From the NCBI GenBank assembly GCA_024655865.1, contig JANLFM010000009.1, positions 2,000 to 65,999 of the forward strand: a stretch of DNA of 64,000 nt. The letters run 5' to 3'. Below, in pieces: positions 1 to 9,270 of the stretch. The translations under genes and the position numbers were made by a program. The notes beneath the pieces were generated by a model. The model did not search any database, was not told the DNA's origin, and worked only from the letters and a program-made list of their open reading frames with translations. The stretch's first letter is position 1. Each line of letters opens with the position of its first letter. The stretch comes from Caldisericota bacterium (lineage in GTDB: Bacteria; Caldisericota; JANLFM01).

Positions 1-439
1 GCCAGAGTTCCACCCTGTTATGGAGAACTGAAGCCAGGTCCTTGACCAGCTCCCGGAAATCCACGCGGGTCTCTGCGGTGAAGTAAAAGACGAACTTGGA
101 ACGATCAAAGAGGTATTCCACGGAAACCAGGTTCATGGGCAGATTGTGTTCCTTAATTTTCTCCTCGCAGATACGAAAGGCCTTCTTCTCTTCTTCCCTG
201 TTTTCCTCCATCCTCTCGATGTCTTTGCGAGTGGCCTTACGAAGCACTCGATTTACAGGCTGGGTGAGCTCGTGGGGCTGAACTTCCCTAGGCCCGTAAG
301 CCACGACCCCAATTTCTAAACCCCTCGAGGTCTGCACGATTACGTAATCTCCTGGAGCGATGTGCAGGATTCCGGGATCAAAGGTATATATTCGCCCGCC
401 TTCTCGAAAACGAACGCCAACGACTATCTTAGGTTGCAA
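1..439 (-). CDS. ricT: PSP1/YaaT-family regulatory protein RicT (runs off the left window edge)
   Basis: Not in the ORF track. Hand translation from TTG at 439 gives MQPKIVVGVRFREGGRIYTFDPG...YVIVQTSRGLEIG...EYLFDRSKFVFYFTAETRVDFRELVKDLA, the typical YaaT motifs; lies directly downstream of holB. Confidence 0.9.
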   Translation of the reverse strand, partial: MQPKIVVGVRFREGGRIYTFDPGILHIAPGDYVIVQTSRGLEIGVVAYGPREVQPHELTQPVNRVLRKATRKDIERMEENREEEKKAFRICEEKIKEHNLPMNLVSVEYLFDRSKFVFYFTAETRVDFRELVKDLASVLHNRVELW

Positions 440-1418
440 AGGGCTCGCTCCTTTCTCTGGTTTTTCTCTGGCCAAGCGATATCAATAAAGAAACAATGAG
501 CATACTCATATTTACAGTGGTATAGCTTAACTCCAGAACCTCCTCGATCTGAAAACACCCCTTAACCCAATCCTCGGCGGCTCTTTCCCCAGAGAGGCTA
601 AGGAGATTTTTTTCCTGATCAATATTGGCAATTTCCTTCACGCCCGCGCTTAAAAGCGCCAGGTCGCGCCACAGGGAAAGGAGAACTTTCAGGAAATCCG
701 TGACCGCCCTCTTCTCCTTTTCCTTGAGCAGAGCATCTGAGGCAGAGAGGGAAACGTTCCCGCTCGCTAATTGAAGCCCAGTTCCCAGGTACTTTCCCCT
801 GCGCTTCCAGTTTTCCGGCCGAGCCCAGTAAAGGGCATCCCCCATCCTGCCTGAAGCTACGCGAGAAATAACCTCTGCGTCTTCCACCTTCTTTTCTGAA
901 AGCTCCCTTAAAATCTCCTTCTGGCTGAGAAATCCAAAGGAAACGGGAAGGCAACGGGAGAGGATGGTGGGGGGTAAGAAGTGAGGGCGAGAAGTAATGA
1001 GGATGTTTACCACGGTGGAAGGCGGTTCCTCCAGGAGCTTAAGTAAAGAGTTGGCAGCCTCTGGTGTAAGGCGATCAGCCTCGTCCACGATATTCACCAC
1101 CCAGGGAGAGGAAATGGGGTTCAGGGTACTGACCTCGATCATCGTTCTGGCTCCCCCTATTTTTATGCTCTCTCCCTCTGGAAGGATCAGGTGAAGATCA
1201 GGATGTACCCCAAACTCTGCTTGTTTGCAGGATGAGCATCCGCACCCATCAAGCTTGTTCGGGCAGGCCAACGCCTGGGCAAAATGCAGGGCAAGGAACT
1301 TTTTACCCACGCCTTCCGGGCCCCAAAAAAGGTAGGAGTGGAAAGGTCTTCCGGTCTCCAGGACCCGGGACAGCATCCTTTTAGGAGCATTGTGGCCAAC
1401 TATTCTCTCGAAAAGCAC
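429..1418 (-). CDS. holB: DNA polymerase III subunit delta'
   Basis: HSYLFWGPEGVGK, Zn-binding Cys cluster, HPDLH, AANSLLKLLEEPP and TILSRC (SRC motif). Confidence 0.95.
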   Translation of the reverse strand: MLFERIVGHNAPKRMLSRVLETGRPFHSYLFWGPEGVGKKFLALHFAQALACPNKLDGCGCSSCKQAEFGVHPDLHLILPEGESIKIGGARTMIEVSTLNPISSPWVVNIVDEADRLTPEAANSLLKLLEEPPSTVVNILITSRPHFLPPTILSRCLPVSFGFLSQKEILRELSEKKVEDAEVISRVASGRMGDALYWARPENWKRRGKYLGTGLQLASGNVSLSASDALLKEKEKRAVTDFLKVLLSLWRDLALLSAGVKEIANIDQEKNLLSLSGERAAEDWVKGCFQIEEVLELSYTTVNMSMLIVSLLISLGQRKTRERSEPFAT

Positions 1419-1747
1419 TAAACGCGTTCCCAGCGATCTATTGGTATCACGAATATGGTGGCTCCTCCCACCTCCACCCTCATGGGATAGGGCATGAAGC
1501 TTCCCGGGGCGGCTGAAGTGTAAGGGGCAGGATTGATGTAATGTTCCCTGAGACTACAGCATCCCTTTATGATCTCGATTACTTCGTCCACCTTTTCGTC
1601 CTCAACCCCCAGGAAGATGGTGGAGTTTCCCTCCCGGAGAAATCCTCCGGTAGAGGCCATCTTCGTTGCCTTATGTCCTTTTTTGGTTAAACGGTAAAGG
1701 AGATTATCGACATCCTTGTCCTGAACTACAGCCATGACGAGCTTCAC
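1418..1747 (-). CDS. darA: Cyclic-di-AMP receptor DarA/PstA (PII-like, YaaQ)
   Basis: MKLVMAVVQDKD, TKMASTGGFLREGNST and VEVGGATIFV; conserved tmk-darA-holB order. Confidence 0.93.
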   Translation of the reverse strand: MKLVMAVVQDKDVDNLLYRLTKKGHKATKMASTGGFLREGNSTIFLGVEDEKVDEVIEIIKGCCSLREHYINPAPYTSAAPGSFMPYPMRVEVGGATIFVIPIDRWERV

Positions 1748-1751
1748 TTTT

Positions 1752-2387
1752 TCACCTCCTTCCCTCCGGGAAAGGACGCTTCTCTATGAGGCGCAGAACC
1801 CAGTGCCAGATGCGTTCCAGAACCTCTTCTGGTTTTCCGTTTGCTGGAACCACCTTAATCCTTTCAGGATAACGGGCGGCAAGGGCGAGGTATCCCTGGC
1901 GCACCCGACGCAAAAGCTCCAGGCCTTCACTTTCCAGCCTATCGCCCTTCACTCTCTTTAAGGTAATCTCCGGATCTAAATCAAGAACGATAGTCAAGTC
2001 GGGCATGAGTTTTTCCGTGGCCACCAGCATCACAGATTCCACCTCCTCGAGAGGGAGGCCGTGGCCCCAGCACTGATATGCCAGGGTTGAGTCCAGGTAG
2101 CGGGAGGAGATGACTACGTGGCCCTTCTCGAGCATGGGCTTAATCAGCTCCTGAACATGCTGCGCCCTGTCAGCGGCGAAGAGGAGCATTTCGGCCTTGG
2201 GACAAAGGGCGCGGTTTTCCTGAGAGAGGAGTATCCTGGCGATTTGGGAGCCGATCCCGGTTCCTCCAGGCTCCCTGGTAGTGACGACGTGATAGCCCAG
2301 AAGGCTTAAGCGTTCGGCAAGGAGCGCGGCCTGGGTACTTTTCCCAGTCCCATCGATACCCTCTAAGGTGATGAACATCCCGTTCAT
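1752..2387 (-). CDS. tmk: Thymidylate kinase
   Basis: FITLEGIDGTGKST P-loop, TREPGG, LLFAADRAQH, SRYLDSTLAYQ. Confidence 0.96.
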   Translation of the reverse strand: MNGMFITLEGIDGTGKSTQAALLAERLSLLGYHVVTTREPGGTGIGSQIARILLSQENRALCPKAEMLLFAADRAQHVQELIKPMLEKGHVVISSRYLDSTLAYQCWGHGLPLEEVESVMLVATEKLMPDLTIVLDLDPEITLKRVKGDRLESEGLELLRRVRQGYLALAARYPERIKVVPANGKPEEVLERIWHWVLRLIEKRPFPEGRR

Positions 2388-3904
2388 TTTTTTGAAGAAG
2401 AGGGGAAGATCACCACTCGCCGGAATGGTTCCTCCCCGCGGCTCTCGGAGTAAAGCCCGTATTTTTCCACCATTTCATGCTGCAGCCTGCGGATGGGAGG
2501 CGGTTCCGGTGGAAGTTCCACTGGTTGATGGGTCTTTAAGACCTTAAAAATCATCTCCTCGGTTTTTTCCATCACCCGGGAATCCCACTCCCTTTCGGGG
2601 AGGCCGTAGACTTTTCTCAGAAAGGTTCTGATCTGAGAGCTGGTATTATTCCTCAGGACGTACACGGGGACTTTCTGGGTCTCGGCTTGAATTAGAAGCT
2701 GGGGTTTGCGCTTTTCCTGGGACTTAATTGTCACTACGGCGTGAGCTTCCGACAGGTTTCTCGTGATGGTGGCAGAAAGATTCATGTCATGAATAGCCCT
2801 CTCCAAACGATCTCGGGAGACTCCATAAGGGAAGATATTGATCCGTTCAGGCTTTATAGGGCGCTGGACCGGGGCTTCAACTTCCATTTTAGGCTCCTCA
2901 GAGGGCTTTTGCTCTGCGGCCGCCTTTTTCCCTGAACGCGTGCGAATCTCCGGTTGAGGAGGGATATCCCGGAGGAGCTTGTCCACTGTCTCCGCTACAT
3001 CGTGGTGAATTACTAAGGTTTCCCGATCCTTAATTTCTACAAGTACCTCGAAGGTAGGAGGCGCCCTGCGCTCCAGCACCGTTTTCTGGGTACCACGATA
3101 ACGGGCCTCCTCGTCTGAAAGGGTGACGGCCTGGATTCCACCCACCAGGTCGCAGAGTGTAGGGTTCTGAATCAGGTTTTCCAGCGTGTTCCCGTGGGCG
3201 GTAGCTACGAGTTGAACACCACGTTCGGCGATAGTGCGCGCAGCCATCACTTCCAGTTCGCGCCCGATCTCGTCGATAATGATCACTTCCGGCATATGGT
3301 TTTCCACGGCCTCGATCATCACCTCGTGCTGCAGTTCCGGAGTGGGCACCTGCATACGCCTCGCCCTGCCGATAGCCGGATGAGGAATATCCCCGTCCCC
3401 GGCGATTTCGTTGGAAGTGTCGACCACGATTACCCTTTTGTTCAGGTCGTCTGCCAGGACGCGCGCCACTTCCCTGAGCATGGTAGTCTTGCCCACCCCG
3501 GGTTTGCCCATAAGCAGGATGCTTTTTCCAGTCTCAATCACGTCCCTGATAATATCCACGGTTCCAAAAATAGCTCTACCCACGCGCAGGGTGAGGCCAA
3601 TTATCTCGCCTCTTCTGTTCACGAGAGAGGAAATTCTATGCAGGGTACGGGTAATGCCCGCACGGTGGTCTGGGCCAAAATCCCCAATCCTGGAAACCAC
3701 GTAATTTATCTGCTCTTTGGTGACCGGTTCCTCGCTCAAATAGATATAGGAATTGGGAAAGCGAGCTTCGGGCTGCCTTCCAAGATCCAGAACCACTTCC
3801 AGGAGCTCGCTCAGTTGTTCCATACGCTCAAGTTTATCCCTGAGTTCAGGAGGAATTACCTTAAGGAGCTCGCCTAAATCATCAACGATATATTGTTTTC
3901 CCAT
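2384..3904 (-). CDS. AAA ATPase with C-terminal R3H domain (Ycf45/SpoIIIAA-like)
   Basis: GKPGVGKTT Walker A, VDTSNEIAGDGDIPHPAIG, EVIIIDEIG Walker B, C-terminal RRLQH R3H motif. Confidence 0.88.
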   Translation of the reverse strand: MGKQYIVDDLGELLKVIPPELRDKLERMEQLSELLEVVLDLGRQPEARFPNSYIYLSEEPVTKEQINYVVSRIGDFGPDHRAGITRTLHRISSLVNRRGEIIGLTLRVGRAIFGTVDIIRDVIETGKSILLMGKPGVGKTTMLREVARVLADDLNKRVIVVDTSNEIAGDGDIPHPAIGRARRMQVPTPELQHEVMIEAVENHMPEVIIIDEIGRELEVMAARTIAERGVQLVATAHGNTLENLIQNPTLCDLVGGIQAVTLSDEEARYRGTQKTVLERRAPPTFEVLVEIKDRETLVIHHDVAETVDKLLRDIPPQPEIRTRSGKKAAAEQKPSEEPKMEVEAPVQRPIKPERINIFPYGVSRDRLERAIHDMNLSATITRNLSEAHAVVTIKSQEKRKPQLLIQAETQKVPVYVLRNNTSSQIRTFLRKVYGLPEREWDSRVMEKTEEMIFKVLKTHQPVELPPEPPPIRRLQHEMVEKYGLYSESRGEEPFRRVVIFPSSSKK

Positions 3905-3957
3905 TTATTTTCAGGAGATACCTCCGTATAAAATTCTATCGCAAATCGCACTGCATT

Positions 3958-4599
3958 TTAAGGGAAGAGGACCGCGCTCTCCTGAGCGTAAAGGGCCTCC
4001 TCGATCAAACTGACAATTTTTTCCAGGTCATTAAAGGAGCGCACAAAGTCCAGGCCATCCGTATCCACCTTCAGGAGGGGCGCCCTGCGGAAGGAGCTGG
4101 CCCATTCATCGTACCTCCTGTTCAGCATAGAAAGATAATCCAGGCTCACACTTTTCTCGTAGGATCTCCCTCTGATCTGAAGGCGGTGCATCAGCGTTTC
4201 TGGAGAGGCTCTCAGATAAACCACGAGCCTCGGGGGTTGGAGACGCCTTAAGGCCAGATTGTAGAAGTGACGATAGGTTTTCCAATCGCGGGAATCCAGG
4301 AGGAGGTAAGCGAAAACCTCAGCATCCTCATATATCGTGCGGTCCATCACAGCGGGGACGTTTTTCTCCTGTAAGCTCAGGTGGCCCTTATAGCGCTCCA
4401 GAAGGAAGAACATTTGAGAATGTATGGACCAGCGCTGAGGCTCCTTATAAAAATCAGGAAGGTAAGGGTTGGATACCTCCGGCTCTTTAAAAAGCAACCA
4501 GTTCCAGCGAGAAGCGAGGATCTCGGCCAGGGTGGATTTTCCCACGGAGATATTTCCTGCTAATGCCACAAGGGGGGCTCCCTGATGCTGGGGCCTCAT
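3958..4599 (-). CDS. Deoxynucleoside kinase (Dck/Dgk family)
   Basis: GNISVGKST, NPYLPDFY, DRTIYED, RGRSYE lid. Confidence 0.9.
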   Translation of the reverse strand: MRPQHQGAPLVALAGNISVGKSTLAEILASRWNWLLFKEPEVSNPYLPDFYKEPQRWSIHSQMFFLLERYKGHLSLQEKNVPAVMDRTIYEDAEVFAYLLLDSRDWKTYRHFYNLALRRLQPPRLVVYLRASPETLMHRLQIRGRSYEKSVSLDYLSMLNRRYDEWASSFRRAPLLKVDTDGLDFVRSFNDLEKIVSLIEEALYAQESAVLFP

Positions 4600-5210
4600 T
4601 TCAGGGCCTCCTTTACGATTTTGATCACGGTCTTCCTGTCCGCCTCGCGATTGACGAAATCCAAAAAAGTGGTGTCAATGGGCAAGAGAGGGGCATCCTG
4701 GAAATCCTGGAAGAATTTTTGGTAGGTGGTGGAAAGGAGTTCCTCATACTCCTCGGTGATTAACATTTCCCCGTGCCTTGCCCGGCGCCTGATCCTTTCC
4801 ATAAGGACACTCATGGGCGCATCCAAATAGATGATCAAATTTGGTTCTTCCACGAAGGGAAGCATCTCGGCGATGATCCTGTCGTAAAGGTCTTTATCCC
4901 TGCCATTTAAATTCAATGAAGCGAAGATCAGATCCTTTTTGAAGTAGAAATCCGAAACTACGGATCTTCCCCTTTTGATGTTCTGAAGCCTCAATTGCTT
5001 GCGAAAGCGGTGTACCAAAAAGTAAAGCTGAGTGGGGAAAGAAAGGCGGGGGATATCCGCGTAGAAATCTCCCAGATAGGGGTTATTATCGGCGGGCTCA
5101 AAAAAGGCCTTCATATTGAGCTCCCAGGCTAAAATCATAGCCAGGGAGGTCTTGCCTACGCCAATTGGTCCCTCAATCGCAATGTGGTAATGGGCATCTT
5201 CCATGGTCAC
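4596..5210 (-). CDS. Deoxynucleoside kinase (Dck/Dgk family), second paralogue
   Basis: IAIEGPIGVGKTSL, NPYLGDFY, SDFYFKKDLIFA. Confidence 0.9.
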   Translation of the reverse strand: MTMEDAHYHIAIEGPIGVGKTSLAMILAWELNMKAFFEPADNNPYLGDFYADIPRLSFPTQLYFLVHRFRKQLRLQNIKRGRSVVSDFYFKKDLIFASLNLNGRDKDLYDRIIAEMLPFVEEPNLIIYLDAPMSVLMERIRRRARHGEMLITEEYEELLSTTYQKFFQDFQDAPLLPIDTTFLDFVNREADRKTVIKIVKEALK

Positions 5211-5252
5211 TGTAAGGAAAAACCCTAAGGGCAGGGTAATCGCTTTCGTTGA

Positions 5253-5708
5253 CTAAATCCAATAAAAGTTCTTCGAAATGGCCTCGTACTCTTCTTTCAG
5301 ACGCAGGTAGTGGTTATTTTCAAATTCGATTAACTTCTGCAATACCGACTTTAATTCCGGTTCCTCTTCCCTCTCCTTCCAGGAGGCATAGAAGTTTGCG
5401 GATTCCCTTTCCAGCTGAATACCTACACTCACAGCTTCTAAAGCGGTACTCTGGTTGAAAATCGACCCTTCGGGAAATTGAAAGATGGGCTTTATGAGTT
5501 CGGGATCAGGTTGAAAGGACTGACCGGCCTCTTTCTCGTACCACTGGCCGACTGTCTCCCGGTGCTTCTCCTCCTCCTCCGAAAGATCCAGGAATTTCCT
5601 TTTTCCTCCCCTGTCCTGGATCCTTTGAGAGACCTGAAGATAGAAGTCGCGAGTAGCAATTTCCTGATAAATAGCCATCTCCAGGAGTTTCCTCTTACTG
5701 AGGTTCAT
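5253..5708 (-). CDS. Ferritin-like (rubrerythrin-family) diiron protein without rubredoxin domain
   Basis: Two E-x(n)-ExxH repeats: AIYQE...EEEKH and IQLE...FENNH. Confidence 0.85.
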   Translation of the reverse strand: MNLSKRKLLEMAIYQEIATRDFYLQVSQRIQDRGGKRKFLDLSEEEEKHRETVGQWYEKEAGQSFQPDPELIKPIFQFPEGSIFNQSTALEAVSVGIQLERESANFYASWKEREEEPELKSVLQKLIEFENNHYLRLKEEYEAISKNFYWI

Positions 5709-5820
5709 CTTGTGGTTCCTCCTGCCCTTATTTTTACTTAAGATACCACATCCTGAAAAATTGCCAAGGGGGCGGTCTTGTCAGAGCTCAAATTTCTTGC
5801 TATTTAAAGGAGGAAACGAG

Positions 5821-5991
5821 GTGACAATTTTGAGCGAAAAAATTGATACTGTTCATTTTAAATTAATCGAGACTCCCAAAAAGGATCTGAAGAAGGTCTG
5901 GGATTGCAGGGACTGCTCCTCATCCTGCCAGTCAGCCTGTAAGACCAGCTGCACCCTTGCCAACCAGGTCTGCCAGAGGGAAAACGAGTAA
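5821..5991 (+). CDS. scfA: SCIFF six-cysteine ranthipeptide precursor (56 aa)
   Basis: Core CRDCSSSCQSACKTSCTLANQVC matches the SCIFF CxxCxxxCQSACKTSCxxxNQxC pattern. AGGAGG RBS just before GTG at 5821, so the track start at 5710 is too long. Confidence 0.93.
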   Translation: MTILSEKIDTVHFKLIETPKKDLKKVWDCRDCSSSCQSACKTSCTLANQVCQRENE

Positions 5992-6009
5992 ACAGGCATC
6001 CCATTTTAA

Positions 6010-7434
6010 ATGCTTGAGTTTCCCTGGAGAGAGGGCCAATTACACCTGTTCCAACTCGACGGCCACTTGCTTCTCTTTGATGTGGCTTCGTCTTCCCTTT
6101 TCCAAATAGATGAAGCAGCCTGGGCCATTCTGAAAGAAGGGAAAACCTCTCCCCTGGATGTCGCCCTGGCCAGGGCCCGGGAAAAATTCGGCCCAAAGGC
6201 GGAGGAAGCGTTTTATGAGCTGAAGCTTCTCTCTTTAAAAGGTCTGATACTGGCCCCTGATCCAGCTTTGAATGCTCAATATGCTCCATTTCCCTATCTC
6301 AAGGCCCTTTGCCTCAATTTAGCCCACGAATGTAACATGCGCTGTTCCTATTGCTTCGCAGGCCAGGGAACATATGGGGGCGAGAGAGGGCTTATGCCCC
6401 CGGAAGTGGCCAGGAAGGCAGTGGATTTCCTCCTGGAAAGATCTGGGCCCTTAAAGAGACTGGAAATCGATTTCTTTGGTGGCGAACCCCTATTGGATTT
6501 TTCCGTCCTTAAAGAGGCGGTGCTCTACGGAAAAGAGAGGGCGGAAAAGATGGGAAAGGAAATCAGGTTCACTGTAACCACAAACTGCCTCCTTCTGAGC
6601 GAACAGGTTGGGGAGTTCCTGAACAAGACGAACATGCGCGTGGTTTTGAGCATAGACGGTAGGAAAGAGGACCACGATAAAAATAGGCTCCTGATTAATG
6701 GGAAAGGGAGCCATGACCTGATCCTTTCCCGGATCAGGAAGTTTCTCTCCTCGCGCGGGGAAAAGCTCTACTACCTCAGGGGAACCTACACCGCCGAGAC
6801 GTTGAATTTCCTGGACAATGCCCTTTACTTATTCGATCTGGGTTACTCTGAGGTCTCCATGGAACCCGTAGTAGCCTTACCCAATGAGCCTTACGCCATA
6901 AGAGCGGAGCACTTGCCGGAGATCTTCCGCCAATATGAGCTCCTGGCAAAGGAGATCGACCGTCGGGAAAGGGAGGGAAGGGAACTGCACTTCTTCCATT
7001 TTGAGGTGGATACCACGGGCCTGACCTGTGTCTCCAAAAGGCTTTCAGGTTGCGGGGCCGGTGTGGAATACCTGGCTGTTACTCCCTCGGGATCCCTCTA
7101 CCCCTGCCATCAATTTGTGGGGCGCTCTGATTTTAAGATGGGCACGGTCTGGGAAGGGATCACCAACCAGGAAAAGCTTGAGGAGTTCCGACACCTTAGC
7201 TTCCTGGAGAAAGAAAACTGCCGCACCTGCTGGGCGCGATACCTCTGCTCTGGAGGGTGTCACGCCAACCACCACCTTTTAAGCGGCAATTTGAAAAAGC
7301 CGGATTTCATAGGGTGCGAGATCACGAAAAAAAGGATGGAATGCGCCCTTTATCTGAAGCTCTTACGCAGGGAAAGGGGAAAGGGAAGTGCAAAGGAGCG
7401 AACGGAAGGGCTTGAAAAGGAGTCTAATATTTAA
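6010..7434 (+). CDS. scfB: SCIFF radical SAM/SPASM thioether maturase (ScfB/CteB family)
   Basis: KALCLNLAHECNMRCSYCFA (CxxxCxxC), DFFGGEPL, SPASM GCGAG..YPCHQF..CRTCWARYLCSGGC; adjacent to the precursor. Confidence 0.95.
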   Translation: MLEFPWREGQLHLFQLDGHLLLFDVASSSLFQIDEAAWAILKEGKTSPLDVALARAREKFGPKAEEAFYELKLLSLKGLILAPDPALNAQYAPFPYLKALCLNLAHECNMRCSYCFAGQGTYGGERGLMPPEVARKAVDFLLERSGPLKRLEIDFFGGEPLLDFSVLKEAVLYGKERAEKMGKEIRFTVTTNCLLLSEQVGEFLNKTNMRVVLSIDGRKEDHDKNRLLINGKGSHDLILSRIRKFLSSRGEKLYYLRGTYTAETLNFLDNALYLFDLGYSEVSMEPVVALPNEPYAIRAEHLPEIFRQYELLAKEIDRREREGRELHFFHFEVDTTGLTCVSKRLSGCGAGVEYLAVTPSGSLYPCHQFVGRSDFKMGTVWEGITNQEKLEEFRHLSFLEKENCRTCWARYLCSGGCHANHHLLSGNLKKPDFIGCEITKKRMECALYLKLLRRERGKGSAKERTEGLEKESNI

Positions 7435-7463
7435 TCGCTTTTAACCCATTTAAAAAGAGTGTC

Positions 7464-8468
7464 ATGAATAAAGCTATTCAAACGATTGATCTTGTAAGAG
7501 AGTTCAGGGTAAAGGCAGGGAAAGACAGGGAGAATCGCGTAATTAGGGCTCTGGACGGAGTCAATTTAGAGGTAGAACAGGGGGAGCTATTTGGCCTCCT
7601 GGGACCCAACGGGGCGGGCAAGACCACCCTGATTAAGATCCTGGTTACCCTGCTTTATCCTACTTCGGGGCAAGCCTTTGTGGATGGATTGGATGTGACC
7701 AGAGATGTCCTTCCCATCCGCCAGAGGATTAATATGGTTTCGGGCGGGGAATACTCAGGATACGGCATCCTCACGGTTAGGGAGACCCTGTGGATGTTTT
7801 CCCAGTTTTACGGCATCCCTTATAAGGTAGCCTTTGAAAGAATCAACGAGCTGTTAGAGGTAGTAGGGTTAAAGTCCGAGGCCAACACCAGAGTTTCCAG
7901 ACTTTCCACCGGAATGCGTCAAAAGATGAATTTCTGCCGGGGTTTCGTCACTGGTCCAAAAATTCTTTTCCTTGACGAACCCACTCTGGGATTGGATGTG
8001 GAAGCAGCTCGAGACATCCGGGCCTACATCAAAACGTGGATGGAAAAACATCGGGACAGGACAATTCTTTTGACCACCCACTACATGGCTGAGGCAGATG
8101 AGCTCTGCGATCGGGTAGCGATCATCGACCACGGGAAGATTCTGGCCTGTGATACTCCTCAAGCCCTTAAAAAAAGGGTTTCCGGGGGCTCCATTCTGGA
8201 AATGTCCCTCTCCGGCCTCGATGAGTTAAGCTGGCTTAAGGGAAAGCCCGGGGTGAAAGGACTAACTTCCAGCTCCTCCATAGAAAAGAACCGCACCGCC
8301 CTGAAACTGGTATTGGAAAGCGAGGAGTTCGTTCCTGAAGTCATCAGGGAATTGAATCAAAGGGAAATCCCCATCCTCAGCGTGCAGTCAGTAGAACCTA
8401 CGTTAGAGGACGTCTTCCTCACTTTAGTAGGAAGAGGGTTGAGCGATGAGAATTCCACCACCCCTTGA
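7464..8468 (+). CDS. ABC exporter ATP-binding subunit (DrrA-like)
   Basis: GPNGAGKTT, LSTGMRQK, ILFLDEPT, TTHYMAEA. Confidence 0.93.
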   Translation: MNKAIQTIDLVREFRVKAGKDRENRVIRALDGVNLEVEQGELFGLLGPNGAGKTTLIKILVTLLYPTSGQAFVDGLDVTRDVLPIRQRINMVSGGEYSGYGILTVRETLWMFSQFYGIPYKVAFERINELLEVVGLKSEANTRVSRLSTGMRQKMNFCRGFVTGPKILFLDEPTLGLDVEAARDIRAYIKTWMEKHRDRTILLTTHYMAEADELCDRVAIIDHGKILACDTPQALKKRVSGGSILEMSLSGLDELSWLKGKPGVKGLTSSSSIEKNRTALKLVLESEEFVPEVIRELNQREIPILSVQSVEPTLEDVFLTLVGRGLSDENSTTP

Positions 8469-9270
8469 GCTCTTTATCCGCTCCATAATCGGCAGGGCAT
8501 ACCCCAGGGTCATTGGTGCCAACAGGGAGCTTTCCTGGCTTATTCCGGAAACCGTTCTCCCTCTTTTAGGGCTGGCAGCTTACGTTTATGTCTATCGGGC
8601 GATGAAGGCACCGACGGAATTTGTGGGATACGTGGTCTTAGGAGGCGCCATGACGGCTTACTGGTTGAATATCCTCTGGAGCATGGCCTCACAATTCTAC
8701 TGGGAGAAGGAGACAGCCAATCTGCAACTGTATATCATGGCCCCGGTTTCACCAATGGCCATCCTTTTAGGAATGGGAATCGGAGGTCTTGTCGCCAGCA
8801 CTATCCGAGCGGGAGCGGTAATTATAGTCGGAAGCCTACTTTTCGGCGTCACATACCAGGTGTCGAGCCTCGGCCTCATTCTCCTGGTTTTTTTCCTCTC
8901 CATGGTGGCCCTCTACGGCATGGGAATGCTCCTTGCTTCCCTATTCCTACTTTCGGGCAGGGAAGCCTATAATCTTTCCAATGCCCTTCAGGAACCAGTT
9001 TATCTTTTTTCCGGCTTTTATTTCCCGGTTAAGAGCCTGGGGTTCTGGGCAGCCGCCGTGGCTTCCATCATCCCCCTTACTTTAGGCCTGGACGCCATGA
9101 GACAACTGATGTTCCCTGGTGATCCCACTTTGGGGTTTCTCTCGCCCTGGGTCGAATGCGGAATACTTCTACTTCTCTGCCCCCTGTTTCTCTACCTGGC
9201 GAAAGTCGCCCTGGTAAAAATGGAGCGCGCGGCAAGAATTAAGGGCACATTGAGCTTAAGATGGCAGTGA
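8446..9270 (+). CDS. ABC-2 type exporter permease
   Basis: About six TM segments, SGFYFPV...IPLT motif; overlaps the ATPase gene. Confidence 0.88.
   Translation: MRIPPPLELFIRSIIGRAYPRVIGANRELSWLIPETVLPLLGLAAYVYVYRAMKAPTEFVGYVVLGGAMTAYWLNILWSMASQFYWEKETANLQLYIMAPVSPMAILLGMGIGGLVASTIRAGAVIIVGSLLFGVTYQVSSLGLILLVFFLSMVALYGMGMLLASLFLLSGREAYNLSNALQEPVYLFSGFYFPVKSLGFWAAAVASIIPLTLGLDAMRQLMFPGDPTLGFLSPWVECGILLLLCPLFLYLAKVALVKMERAARIKGTLSLRWQ

Noticed and set aside
3194-3877. 227-aa plus-strand ORF and the many similar antisense ORFs in the track
   Set aside because: They are shadows of well-supported genes on the opposite strand and carry no recognisable motifs.
5710-5820. N-terminal extension of the SCIFF ORF in the track (93 aa)
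   Set aside because: A strong AGGAGG precedes GTG 5821, and the extension crosses the divergent promoter region.
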